Shown: positions 27,079-40,317, numbered from the whole stretch's first letter. The stretch is 63,792 nt of DNA, filler included, from Choristocarpus tenellus KU-1152 (GCA_964200185.2; 11 parts of 11 records of this genome joined end to end with filler, not necessarily neighbours in it), one strand, 5' to 3'. Made by a program: numbers and translations. Notes: generated by a model not told the origin, from the sequence alone.

Positions 27079-27572
27079 TTGTATTTGTTACCTTTACAAC
27101 CGTGTACACAGCACCTGTCAGCAGTGGTAATACCAACATTTTCAGATTCGATGCCCTGTATTTATTTTCGTTTCCGACCGTGTACATACCACCTGTCAAT
27201 GCTGGTAACACCAGCATTTTCAAATTCAGTACCCTGTATTTGTTACCTTTACAACCGTATACACACCACCTGTCAAATGGTGCCAGCATTTTCAGATTCG
27301 ATGCCCTTTATTCATTACCTTTAGAACCGTGTACACACCACCTGTCAATGCTGATAATACCAGCATTTTCAGATCGATGCCCTGTATTCATTACCTTTAG
27401 AACCGCGTACGCACCAACTGTCAGTGGTGGTAATACCTACATTTTCAGATTCGATGTTCTGTAATTATTTGCGTTTCCAACTGTGTACACACCACCTGTC
27501 AGTAGTGGTAACACCAGCATTTTCAAATCCAATACCCTGTATTTGTTACCTTTCTAACCGTGTACTCACCAG
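27079..27572. repeat. Minisatellite, ~77-bp unit x ~6.4
   Basis: Unit TGTATTTGTTACCTTTACAACCGTGTACACACCACCTGTCARTGSTGGTAAYACCAGCATTTTCAGATTCGATGCCC, diverged copies. Confidence 0.9.
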
Positions 27573-27583
27573 CTTCAGATGGT

Positions 27584-27759
27584 GGCTCAAAGTATCTTGG
27601 GGGGGTGGCGGCTGTCCATTTGGGATCAGTTTTTTCATATCGTGATTTTTGGGTGATTTGATTCCATACTTCGGAGATATGATGTAGGTGCACTTTTCCT
27701 GATTTTGGTCAAATGGACAACCTGGTGTAGAACCCCCCCCCCACCAGATACTTTGGGTC
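27584..27759 (+). mobile_element. MITE family B (~176 bp); other copies at 33330-33460 (part), 33561-33588 (end), 34981-35156, 47456-47634, 60864-60953 (part)
   Basis: GGCTCAAAGTATCTTGGGGGG..GGCGGCTGTCCATTTGG ... CCCCACCAGATACTTTGGGTC. Confidence 0.85.
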
Positions 27760-27862
27760 CGGNNNNNNNNNNNNNNNNNNNNNNNNNNNNNNNNNNNNNN
27801 NNNNNNTTAATTAATTAANNNNNNNNNNNNNNNNNNNNNNNNNNNNNNNNNNNNNNNNNNNN

Positions 27863-28205
27863 ACGGGTGGGAGAATTCTGGTAGGAACGACGGTGTAGGA
27901 AGTACTTTAGAGTACTTCTTAGCAGGTGATTGTAACCCTTGTTTCCATGAAGTAATCTGAGTTTTACGGGTGGGAGAATTCTGGTAGGAACGACGGTAGG
28001 AAGGAAGTACTTTAGAGTACTTCTTAGCAGGTGAGTGTAACCCTTGTTTCCATGAAGTAATCTGAGTTTTACGGGTGGGAGAATTCTGGTAGGAACGACG
28101 GTAGGAAGGAAGTACTTTAGAGTACTTCTTAGCAGGTGAGTGTAACCCTTGTTTCCATGAAGTAATCTGAGTTTTACGGGTGGGAGAATTCTGGTAGAAA
28201 TGACG
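27863..28205. repeat. Tandem repeat, 103-105-bp unit x ~3.3, at contig start
   Basis: ACGGGTGGGAGAATTCTGGTAG at 27863, 27966, 28071, 28176; units nearly identical. Confidence 0.95.
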
Positions 28206-28389
28206 TAGAGGGGAGGGAGGGTTGATTAGGGTAATAAGAAAATATAAAAGGGTAGGTGAAGATTTAAGTACTGGATGGGTACATAGGAGGCAGAAGAGGT
28301 AGGAGAGAAGTTAAAATGATATGGGTGGTAGGTGGAAGCATAAGTAGGAAGGAATGGTCAGAACTCTTATGGGAAACCTGTAGTTGGTG

Positions 28390-29740
28390 TTACAGGACAA
28401 GCAGGCCTAGAACAAGACAACCTCTGAGCAATCTCTCCCACCCAACCACCATTTCACTTGGGTCAAGTGTCTCATCTGTACACATCTTGGGCTGGAGGGA
28501 GGCCACTCGATCGTCTGGCACAGGCATGCCACGCTTACTGGAAATGTTGTGCAGGCAGACACAACATTGTACATTCCCTAAGTGGAGCAGGGATACTTGT
28601 AGGGACTTGTACAGGATACCCCAAGCACGCCCAAGCATGCCAAAACCTTGCTTAATGGCAATCCTGACTGGAGCTAAGTGAAATCGTGTAGTCAGAAGGT
28701 AGTACTGTTCTGGCGAACAGTGTCAGCATCCGATCACTCTAGGGTTTTTCAGCATCTCCCACAATATAGAACCCTAAGTGAAGGGTATCCAACCACTTGT
28801 GGAATCCTGACAGTATCCACGCAGTTCCATTGTTCATACTCCTCGGGGTGTTCACGGCCACTGCACTGAAACAGTACATGGCATCACATACTTCTTGGGA
28901 GGGATGAAGGAATGATTTGGAGAGGTTCATAGCCCGCTTTGTTGTTATCCAGTTGCTAACGAACAATGTGAACAGTGCTTGAGGTATTCAATGTGAAAAG
29001 CTTAGTGCATGAAAGCCTTGTTGCCCAAAGCCGCTGGTTGAGTTACATGATGAACAAACACTGAATATTAATATCCGCTGGTCTTTGTCTTTGCCATCAA
29101 TTATCTCTGACGTATGACCAAAGAATGAGCCATCATACCGTTATGTACGTTACTACTTTGTATTGTACCCGAACTAAAGATAAACGCACATGAAACTACG
29201 TTATACACTTGTATCAGTACATAAAACGTAAGGACAACACTAGGTTGTTCGACACCCGAGAACAGATGCAGCTGAATGCACGGTTTTCGACGGGAGGGCG
29301 AAAATTGCTACATTTGAATCCAACGCATCAGTTTTATTATCTGCAGGCTCAGTCCATAATCCTTGTTCTGCCCTGAAAAGAAGCGCATAGATGGTGGATG
29401 CAAATCAAAGGAGACAAGCTTGATGTGGACGAACATTCCATCAACTGCACCCACACATCTAGACATAATATCAACAATATTTCTTGTCCTAAATCCTTCC
29501 ACGACACAGCTCAACTTGTCCTCCAAGGGTCAGCAGTCCAGCGTGAGCTCCTTGCAATTCACCATTGCAATCACAACCCTCCTGGTCATTTTGTATAAGG
29601 GCTGTTTTGGTAGGACAGCAGTGTCCACGAGCTAGTAGACACTGCTACCAGCCAAAAACTGGAGACCGCAGGCAAGATCCCACTCCCTTGGAACAGTCCC
29701 ATTCCAGAGGCGGATTATCCTCTTCTTCCTTTTGAGAGAA
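28390..29740 (-). pseudogene. PIF/Harbinger DDE transposase (DDE_Tnp_4-like), decayed
   Basis: LACGLQFLAGSSVY (HTH region); CVGAVDGMFVHIK..FFSGQNKDYGLSLQ; FYIVGDA; GMLGRAWGILYKSL..CVCLHN - the Harbinger motif order, with stops and frameshifts. Confidence 0.85.
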
Positions 29741-32105
29741 GGGTGTAGCAGATTGTACAATGCAGAATGTCAAAATAAACGAGAAGAGGTACCCAGAGTT
29801 GCATTCTAACGATGCAAGCAAATACGTGTACAATTCTGCTTATTTTTACAAATCCGAATAGAATGTGTTCCGAATTGTGTGTCGAAAGTCAATATAGAAA
29901 TCAACCCTCAAAACTAACATTTTATCCGTAGAAATGTGGATGAGTTGCAAAAAGATTGAAAAACTGACATAAAAAATGCAAAACAGCCAAAACCTGGGCA
30001 CCTCTAGTTTACTTTGACTCACAGTAGTGAAGGCACGCCTATCTATGACATTGTATCAGCCACTACACAAATTGCAATCTCCAGGCATGCCATGCAGTTT
30101 AACCTGGAGACAACGGGTTGATTGGGCAGACGGGACATGACTGACTTGTGGAACTCTTCCCTCCTTCCTTGCTTCAAGATCGCTTTCGTATAAGTGTCGG
30201 TTTAGAAGGAGTGGTTTACAAATCTAAAGTTGGTTCTTTCAGTCTTTGTTTCCTTGTTTCCAAAACATCATCATTAATGGTAGGCCTCTCTCTTTCTGTT
30301 GTTGGTGTGTGTGTCTGTATGAACGACTTTCCTGGAAGAAATACCAACTCTTTTATTGTGATTTTTGTCATCCTTTACCTTACGTTTCTTCTGTTCTCTT
30401 TCCTCTTTTCCCTATATATAATATATTGTGCTCTCCTTTCTGTCAGCTTAACACTTGATTATTTTTGTGGAGTTGACAAATTGATCTGGCTTTTTTCTAG
30501 CTTACTTATGGGAGGTCCTTATCTTTTTATCCTCTATCTTGGGACGGGCTTTCTGACCACAGATTCAAATATGCTGTATAGTCCTCCTGGAGAATGTTTG
30601 CCAATTATCTTTCTTTGAATCATTTTTGTAAAATACTTCAAAACTAATAATGTGCGATAATCAAATCAAATCAAGTCAATGTATATGTAAAAGAGTTAGG
30701 AGGAGAAAATACCAACTCTTCTACGACAGGCGCGCGTGTCTAACTGAAACGTTTGATGCCTCCCACATTTACGTATATTCTGACAATCATCTAACCATGC
30801 CACTTTCCATGGTAGGCTCGTGGCGGGAGCTTAAGCACAAAAAATGCCTACCATCCATCGATATGTTGCATCTTCTCACAGAAAATGGGGAACTCAAGGA
30901 CAACGACCAGATCACTGCTGTCCTACAAAGGAAGAGTCTTGGATCCAGGGCGGTGTCGATGCCTGATATCCTCCTAGTGAGATCTACTGGGTCAAACTAT
31001 ACCTCGCATGGCACCAAGTCGTGTATTTGAATACCTCATCGTATTCAGTTTTCTTCGAAATATTACACCACATCTGTGTTCCTGAGGGTGCAATACATCC
31101 CCGCATCATCCGACTAGGGAGTGGCAGGCGAAAAGAGGAACGGAATGGCCCATTTGGAAAGGTCAGCGGGTCATCCAACTGTCACGGACGGTGCCGCGCT
31201 AGGAGACGATTTGGACCCTTTCCTCCAACTTCTCCGCACAGGCACGGACTATGGCAGGGTTCACTCCGCTCCTTCATTAGGTACAAAGCCGAAAAAATGT
31301 GTGCACATCCACGCCCGCCCACCCACCCACCCACCCACCCACCCACACCCATCCACCCACCCACACACACACACACACACCAATTTCCTACAACACAGCA
31401 TTCATTATCCTATGATCCATAGTCATGTCCAGTTTCCAGAGGTGAAAATTCTGTCCTTCTCGAAACAAAGCTGAATCCGACAGCATCTCATACTGAAAAT
31501 AGATGAAACGATGCCCAAGGTTCAATCGAGAAATCGAAATTTTTCTCTCTCTCTGGGACGACGAAGGCAAAAGGCGTCCAACAGATTCGCACGACGGTAT
31601 AGACTGTTCAAATATAGTCATACTTGCCATGGCAACCTGAGGGTATGGCCGCTTAAGAGGGCGAGGGTAGGGTAGCAACAATTCTGAATATACATTACGT
31701 ACTCTCACTGCATTAACATGATTTTTTCGTAGTCTTCTCGAACGGAAACTTTGCCGAGGCTGGAAGGGAAAAAACTGCTCAGGAGGAGCCTCAAACACCT
31801 GTAATGGAACAGAATTTCGGAAATATTAAACCGTTGGAGGTTGAGCAGAGAATTGTGCAAGGGCATAGACGTTCTTCCAAGGGGTACAACAAAAGGTCAG
31901 TAGAAAATATGGATATTTGACAGTTGCAGAATATTGTGGGCGAGCACGTGAAAAAACTCGTTATTTATATTCTCTATTTAGAGGAGCACTGAGCCAAAAC
32001 AATTGAGAGGTGGGCAGATTTGGATCCTTTCGCATTCTAAGCCATCTTTCTTACCCTGTGCAATCACACTCTATTTTAACCCTACATACCTCTCAATTGG
32101 TTTGA

Positions 32106-32365
32106 GAGTCAAAGTATCTTAGAGGTAGGGCCGTGTTCATTTGGGGACAACAATCCAATGTTGCGATTTTGATGTAATTTTGGCTATCGTATTTGTTAGG
32201 AAGTGCCAATATCCTTGTTCTGGACACACCTTTCCATAACTTATACATTTTACCTATTCCGAAACATATCGGAGTAAGAAAATGTCATTAAAAAAAACAT
32301 GGGAAGCCAAGCCCCAAATAATGGACAAACAGGGCAAAACTCCTACGCTCTAATATACTTCGATC
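32106..32365 (+). mobile_element. MITE family A inserted into the terminal repeat of a family D element, TSD TTGA
   Basis: TTGA at 32102-32105 and 32366-32369; the host TIR CTCTCAATTGGTTTGA resumes as CTC at 32370-32372. Confidence 0.88.
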
Positions 32366-33793
32366 TTGACTCATTTGGAATGGGATGCATTCCACACTAT
32401 CCCTGTTGTCAAGCACATAAAAAGGATGCTTAGAGGTGAATGCCCTACATGGGGAGGAGATTACTGTCTCTCATAAATTACCCCAATTTTCTTCATTCAT
32501 CTCTTTCCTTTGCCAGACGGAGCAGACAAAATATAGCGTCAGCAATACCATGGAGGTCAGAGGAAAAGTGTATCAGATGTCCTACTCTTGACATGAAAAT
32601 AGGAGAACTCAAGGCAGACAATACCGCAGCAGCCAATTTCATTGCTAGAGCAGAGGTATGGCAACAATTTTGTACTCTTCCACTCACCCTGTGCATATTG
32701 GATAGCATTGCAAAGTTCACCACCGAATAAATGTCTCAACAAGTTAGGATGCACTGCATAATGTTGGGCTTTGTCAACCATCAAACACATTCAGTGAAAG
32801 ACAGGTGAAGCAAACAGCATCACAACAATCTTATTGTTCAATATGTCACTGCTATTTTTGTCTTAGCCTGCATAAAGGAACATCTCTGTCTGTCTGCTCG
32901 AAGAGGTGTCCAAGCAGTATTTCAATGATCCAGTGCAAGTCTCTGCGGCAATACTAGCCTGTCTCGTAAACGTTTAATTGTTCGTGTCCCTCAAATCACC
33001 TTACACGTATTTCCCAGGATCATGAACAAGAAGCGGTTCATGTCTTAACCTCCCCAGCTATATATCCTGAATCAGTATCTTGACTTGCCACTTACAACCT
33101 CTGTTTGAGCCCTCTCTAGGAACACCAAACACGCTTGAAGATGTCCATTGCGCATGACTACCTTTGTTGTCTTCACTCCATAGGGAATGTCAAAAAAAAG
33201 GAGGAGACAGGTTGGGGAATCTGTACTTCGAAACATGGTGGTGTGTTCCCTGGGGGGTACTGAGCTTGCTGAGCTTAGGTAAGAAGGGGACACTCAAAAA
33301 ATATTCTAGGAGCTGTTGCAAGTTTTGTACACCCCGTCGAGTTTTTCAATTTGGACCAAAATCAGGAAAAGTACATTTACATTATCCATGTGATGTATGC
33401 AACCAAATCACCCAAAAATCACGACATGAAAAAATTGACCCAAAATGGACAGCCGCCACCNNNNNNNNNNNNNNNNNNNNNNNNNNNNNNNNNNNNNNNN
33501 NNNNTTAATTAATTAANNNNNNNNNNNNNNNNNNNNNNNNNNNNNNNNNNNNNNNNNNNNCCCCCCTCCCCCCCAGATACTTTGAGCCTGTATCCCTTAA
33601 CCTATTCAGTGTATTTCTTGTTTTGTGATAAATTGTACTCTCGCGTATATAGTGTGTATTAACCTGGAAGCGGCATAGCTGTAGCCAGTCTGGACACACT
33701 ATTTGACAGTCCTGGGTGTCCAGACATACATGTCATCAGAGAAAATTGGAACTTGCCAACCTCCAGATCAGCTTCAATAACCAAAAAGCGATA

Positions 33794-35580
33794 CTCCCTC
33801 TGTCCCATAGGTATGGGCTGTTAAGTTGTAGCTCTTTGGGATGCCTCCGATTACAAAATGAACCCTTCGCATTGGATTTCTTGGAATATTTTGCATTATA
33901 TACTGGCTTGCCTATATTCGACACTGTCAACCTACCAATCCAGGGCTGCCACAGAGGCCGCTCGGTCTACTTTGACTAATCTTGTCAACCCTCTCTCCCA
34001 CTGCCTTTCTTGATCCTTGTGTGCTCTACCTCAAAATCGTTCCCCCCAGTGCCCTTAACACCTGATTATACCTCTTAAACAGACTGCCACACCAAGAGCA
34101 TGTCTGCATTGTACACGTGGAACATGCTTGAAATCCCCTCTACAAGTTCATCAACGGTTCTGTAATGCTCTGCCCAAACCCTGCTCTTCAGAGATGCCAA
34201 AACCCCCAAACCATAAATGTTGAATCTGGCGACTGCTCTGACTGTGTCACGAGGTTAATATTCCGTCCCTCCTCCATCCCTGCCACGTTCAGCTTCTGCA
34301 CTGTGCCCTTGCCCGTATGCGGGGTCGGGTCGTCCTGCTGTACGGAGTCCCCTCCGATTCCTGCAGCCAAGGCATTTTTTCCTGGATTGCTGGCAAAAGC
34401 TGTCCAGGTACCACTTGGTGTCGACGTTGACATCGACCTCGTACTTCTTGCCCTTTGCACGCCGTGCTGTAGTCCGTTGCGCCTCCCTCGTGATGCAAAC
34501 CCGTCAGATCCTGATCTTGCCGTTGAAATCATGGGAAGGATCCAGGCGCAAAACGGCGGAGATGAGCATCACTTTGGGATTGTGACTCTTGTGCTGCATC
34601 TTCGTTGAGTCCGTCTCTTCCTCCTCCAGGAACATGTGCACTATCTCTTGTTTGCGGATGAGGTTTAGAACCATGCCTCGTTGATGTGAATGGTGTTGAT
34701 GTCAGTCCTGCAGGTTTCACGGTTGCGGGAGATATCTGGTCAAGGATGAAATCCACCCTGTTGTTCTTGTGAGAAAACGAAAGGGTTAGGGGTGATGCAC
34801 CGCTGAACCTTCGTTGTCCCCATGACTTTGAGGTAGCGATGAAGCTTTGAGCTGCTATGAGGTCCGCTTTGGTTAGCTTGGCGGAAAGTGGGTCGATAGT
34901 CAGCATGCGATTACTGGCGTTGATTTCCCGGATCTTCGCTTTGTTTAGTTGGCGTAAAGTTCAATGGCCGTCCAGATTGTGACCCAAAGTATCTGAGGGG
35001 GGGGGGGGTCTACACCAGGGCGTCCATTTGGGACAAAACCAGGAAATGTGCACTTACATTATCTATTCGACGTATGCAACCGAATCGCCCAAAAACGGGA
35101 CACGAAAAAATTGACCCCAAATGGACAGCCGCCACCCCCCCCAGATATTTTGAACCTTTAGGGTGTCCCTCTCCCACTCCTAACTCTTTCGCCAATTTAG
35201 ACCCCACACCCCTCAGGAACCTCTTGTGACCAGAGGAAGAGCCAACGTGTAATGCAGAGCAAGTGGGGTCCAACCTTCCTTGGTCAGCTCGCAGTTCTTT
35301 CCCTGAGACAGTGGGCTTTGTGCTGGGGACAGCGGGCTGTGGGGGCTCGCCATGGGGGTTGTGATTGTGTTGTGGGGCTCCATGCTGGAGCAGGAACATA
35401 AAAAAATGATAAGATTATGTCCCATTCTGTATTCCATTATTTCGGAACCATTTCAGAATAGAATTATTTGAAATTTTAGTTTTTTAATGTGAGATATTCC
35501 AAGGATTCCAACACCAAAGTTCGTTTTAAGATCATCCTGAAGAGCTACAACTTAAAAGTCCAGACTCATGGGACAGGGAG
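33794..35580 (-). mobile_element. Plant-type mariner (DD39D-like) element, decayed; same family as 11764-13351; MITE-B insertion at 34981-35156
   Basis: TA-CTCCCTCTGTCCCATAGG ... CATGGGACAGGGAG; catalytic remnant VQQDDPTPH..INLVTQSEQSPDSTFMVWGFW (cf. IQQDNAxPH..QPxNSPDLNxLDLGFF). Confidence 0.85.
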
Positions 35581-37078
35581 GACGAAACTCAGCGACATCA
35601 TGACCCACTCTATATACTAATTGCTTACCTTTTGTTACACCCCTACCATTGTTGTAGTAACAAAAATGCGTATCCTACTGCATGGTTTTTCATATTTTCG
35701 CTTGTTGGTCAGGGTCACATACTTACAAGACATTATGAGGACAATGAATGCATGGAAAGGTCAGCAGCAAAATAGATATTACTTGATCTCGGTAGTCAGA
35801 TGGTGCAGGATTTGTAGGAGTGTCAATGCAGGAGACTGCGAGCAGTGTTGTAGGTGTACCTCTTTAAGCAGCTACAAGTTTGTACTGTTTGGTCAACCCC
35901 TCCTCAACTTTTCATTTGGGAATCAGTTAAAAAAAAAGGTTGCCCATCCTCGTGCAGGTCAATAACCATTAAAAAAACGTTAAGAGTCCCTAGCCATCAT
36001 TTTCACCGCGACTCTTAAGGTCTTCATCAGGTGAAGTCCTTGGTGGTAGACATTAATCCGTCTAAGAAGAGAAACAAGAAGCTGTTCTTTGAAAGTTATT
36101 CATTGGTCATTGGAAATATATTTTGTTTGATGATGGAGAGCATCCCCTCTCCTGCTGGCTACATAACGAAGGCACCTACAGTATGTATGTATAAAAAGTA
36201 GCAAAGAAGAAAGTCCTTAGCTTGGGAGCGAGACAAGAAATCATCAAGGATAATGGTTTTGGCCGCCATACACTACAGGGAGGTATCATTACATATATGG
36301 ATGTAGCAGCACACAGGCAAACTAACAAAAACACCCTTCAAAAATCGCCTAATGTCACACACACATACTTCAATGAACACGAAACGCGAACCAGAGATAG
36401 ATGTACGAACCAGAGATAGATGTACATACGCCAATACGGCACAGCAATTTTTCAGCAAAACATGATACTCTAGATCGTTCTCTCTCAAACCTGCCTAGCT
36501 TTACAAGCCCCAAATGAATGAAAACCTTACTATAACTATTTCCCAGTTGACATATTACAATACTATGCTAACTGTCAAAACTTCCAGGTCCACAACCTCA
36601 CCACCTGACTGATGGTGGCAACCAGGTCTGTGTCAGAGGCATGTATGACAGTATTAGCATGTAAGAGCTGTAACCACCATCATAATAGATCTTATCCATT
36701 TTCTAGGTTTAGATCGTCAGATGTCATGCCATTGCTCTTCATAGCTTCACCTGCTAATGCGATTCAACCAAAATCTTGCGGTGTATTAGCGTATGTACTG
36801 TATATTAACCAGTACACACTATAGTACGCAACTCGATCATCACCCTCCCAAACCTAAATATAAATCACTCATAAAAAACGGCGCCATCTTTCTTCACCAA
36901 GTCAAGTGTTACCCCCACTTTCACTTGTGACTGAAATGTGCACCCTCTACCAACTCATCCTCAATCATCCTGAAATAAACACCAACATATATTAAAGTGT
37001 TGATCTGCAAATCAACAACTACATTTTAAAAAGCTTGGCAGGAAACCTTTGGATGTGAACCATGCAGTTTCTTCTCCT

Positions 37079-39491
37079 TCAACAGTCGTAACCAGTAAAC
37101 TGGTCTTCAGAAGACCCCCCCAGGTCTTCCTGGGCTGTTGTAATGTGTATGTCCCCTGCCACAGAAGTAACAGGGAAGACAAGAAGTTAGGTACAGAAAT
37201 AATCATAGTTGTGGGCTTGTGATACGTTGGAAAAAAAAGTGGAAGGAATCAGGGGCACAGCTAAGACATCACTAATGGGTCTACCTCATGTAGCACACAC
37301 TCACCGTTGTATTACACAGGAACAATGTCACAACAAGCAATTTATTACCCATCCGTAAGACACTTTCTCAAAAGAGGTGTACATACTGTGGTAGCTAGAG
37401 TTAGCAAAGGTGTATGCACCAGCTGCACAAAGAGGTGAAAGAGCAGAGCACTTGCCAATATACCAAATTTGTAGCAAGCAATAAAATAAAATAAAATAAG
37501 ATGGTGTGACAAGTCTACCTGATACCATGGAACTATGTGCATTGAACACACTTTCACACAGATATCATTGCCAGGTTGCATGCCAGCAAGCGGGAGATTA
37601 GGACTCAAATTCAAGCTTCAATCCCTACAACCAATCTCAACTCACACAATCACTCTACTTCTTGGAGCGTCTCCATACTCCATTATTACATTGACCTACC
37701 TATGCCATCATGAACCCTTCCATACATACTTGATGTGTAGACAACCTCTAGTGTACCCTTTTAAGTACAACACCTCAGAGCATGGTGGGCAAGGGTAGGA
37801 AGAAACGACAACAACTCACCAGAGAGGAAGAGATCAGCCGGTTCAAGCATATTCAGCCTCAGATCTACCGGTGATCGGTACATCTCCATGCTAACCTCCT
37901 GACATGGTCCGTTCATGAGGACACAAAGATTTTTTTAATTTTTTTTTCAGTTCTTGCAAAATGAAATGCATTGATGGCAACATGTTCACAATTGGAAGTC
38001 TCTCAATAACTCTAACCCTCCCGTGTACATCTACAAGTACCTGTCACCAACACTCATGGGCTGGGGTGTTTGGGCAGAAGGTTGCAAAGAGTTCAGCAGG
38101 GGTCAAGAAACAAGGTCAAGACATGTGGGAGGGTTCACTGAAAAAGAAAATCGGGCCATTTGCACTACATGCGTTCCCTGTAACATTACACCGATAATAT
38201 CTCACTCCTCATCATGTAGCTATCTATGGTCATGTATGATGTTCATGTGTCTAGTTTTTTTCCCCTCAAAGAGTAAACAAGGGAAATCCACTAGAGGACA
38301 ACTGCAGCAGAATCTACCCCAGAGCACTACGTAGCACCACAATATCAACAACACAACTTGAAAAATCCCCACTGATATAAACCAGTCCCCATAAAAATAT
38401 TGCTCAAACTGTAATCAAACTCATCACCATCTCAAAGAACCATGTACACACCACACCACAGAGACGCTCTTCTCCCTTTGCTACAAACAAAATCAGCCCC
38501 TGCCATGTACATAACATATATCACTTCACAACACCAGGCACTAGAACTGTCTCTCTATGGTCCAATGGAGTACAGGCGTGTACTATGGTATGTATGGACT
38601 ATGGTATGTATGGACTATGGTATGTATTCCTTCAAAATGCAATTTGCTGTGTGGGACACGACACTCCAAGGTCTGAGACAATGCACTAACATCCAAAGTG
38701 ACAGTCTCTCTTCTTGTCCCAATCACTGAAGATACACATAAATATAAACTATTACACTCTACAGTACCTTGAGGAGTCAGTCAACTCTGCAGTCACAATT
38801 GAGACGCAATGGAAGGAGTTTTCTCTAAGCATCATCATACACGCAACTAATAATATACCTCATCAAACTTCCCCTCTTACTATCCTATTGCATCTCATAA
38901 TATCATCATACACACAACCAATAATATACCTCATCAAACTTCCCCTCTCACTATCCTATTGCATCTCATAATATCTCATCTATCATGGTACACCATACCT
39001 GTGTATTGACTGTGTTAGGGTTGACCTGGAACACCGCCCATCCAAGCTCTCTTTTCTTCCCGGATGAGATGCTCTCATCATTCAGAACAAAAGTGATGAA
39101 GCTTCCGGGACCAAGATTCTCAACTGGGTTTTGCATGTGATACGTGCATGACCACCATAAGTAGTTGGCACGGCTCGCCACTGGAGCTGTTATATCCTGG
39201 GAAGCCTCCAGCTACCACAAACATGAACGGCAAGGGGAAGACGAGATGAGAGGGGTCTCGTGCCGAGTGTTGATTATGTGTTTGAAGAATGCTTGCACAA
39301 CACACACACACGCACACACAGAGGCACTATTAATAGACCACTAGAGAGTCATTACTGGTCACCTTTTGTCCTTGTCGATTGTAGAGACTAATTCGAAGGA
39401 AGGGAGAGTCCAGTCCAGCTGTGGATTGCATAACCAACTTTTCCAGGTGGAAGCTCAGGTAAGTGAGCTTTGATAACCTTACTGGAGGTGG
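37079..39491 (-). CDS. AIDA-type C2-domain protein (Aida_C2), last four exons; 5' part unresolved
   Basis: Phase-consistent exons 39491-39363, 39211-38999, 37898-37820, 37155-37079 (TGA), all GT..AG. Spliced: ..LTYLSFHLEKLVMQ..DSPFLRISLYNRQGQK-LEASQDITAPVASRANYLWWSCTYHMQNPVENLGPGSFITFVL..LGWAVFQV..Q-EVSMEMYRSPVDLRLNMLEPADLFLSGDIHIT..; parallels the animal AIDA C2 sequence recalled as IEKIGL..DPYITVS..QDTPVASR..LQKHVEKL..IELYKKPTD. Confidence 0.82.
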
Positions 39492-40279
39492 CTTTGTGCC
39501 AAAAGACACACACACACACACACACACAGTTGTATCAAAAGGTACAAACAAACAACAACAATAATATTTCAGTGAGAAAGAGGAGGGTCCATGCATGTTG
39601 ACTTGTTGTACGTGTATTACCTGGAAAGGCGGTGATAGAAAAAAAATGAAAAAAAACTCAGCAAAAGTTCTAAATGACCTCTCATTACACTGAGTTTGTG
39701 CTTCTGATAGCATGGAAAACAAACCAAGGGACAAAGGCAATTAACAACATGCAGTGACAGCACACAGTGCTCTGGGTTGCCCTAGGCTCGTGAGGGGTTG
39801 TTCCCTACTGTGAATGAGTACCTCCCCCCCTCCCTCCCCCAGCATCGGTAGTCAGGCAATACCACCGTGACAGAACAGACTAGCTACACTTCTACATGGG
39901 TGCACTACTAACGCATACTTCATCCACACTTCCCCTGATATTAGAAGGTATAAACACTGCACTTGTGTACTTGTCAAAGTAAACAAACCCTAACCCTAAC
40001 CCTTGTTTCACACANNNNNNNNNNCTAACCCCATGCATTGTGGACTCTACAAAAACTACGTGTCCTTTTAATGTCATCACCAGCACTTGTGTACTTGTCA
40101 AAGTAAACAAACCCTAACCCTAACCCTTGTTTCACACAATCGCTGCTTCCGCCAAAAAACTCTGTTACACATTTTTGACCCTGCAATATATGCTATTGAT
40201 CCATTGAACCTGCACTTCTCCAAAGGTTACTCTAGAGGATATCAATACAATAAAACACTTACTACATAGCCAGTAAAAG

Positions 40280-40317
<38 letters not shown>

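Noticed and set aside
25182-27572. 89-bp and 77-bp arrays as CRISPR-like repeat-spacer arrays
   Set aside because: Whole units are homologous with scattered substitutions; there are no unique spacers and no cas-like ORFs.
27863-28205. 105-bp array as a CRISPR array
   Set aside because: Head-to-tail near-identical units with no spacers; an ordinary satellite at a contig end.
30650-33300. Exon-like pieces on both strands (30797-31030 +, 31388-31798 -, 32493-32723 -, 33090-33200 -)
   Set aside because: Could not be assembled into a phase-consistent gene or matched to a family.
39958-40138. Duplicated ~55-bp block with CCCTAACCCTAACCC as a telomere or real duplication
   Set aside because: Only 2-3 units, inside an intron, and the duplication straddles a 10-N gap (40015-40024); probably a scaffolding overlap.
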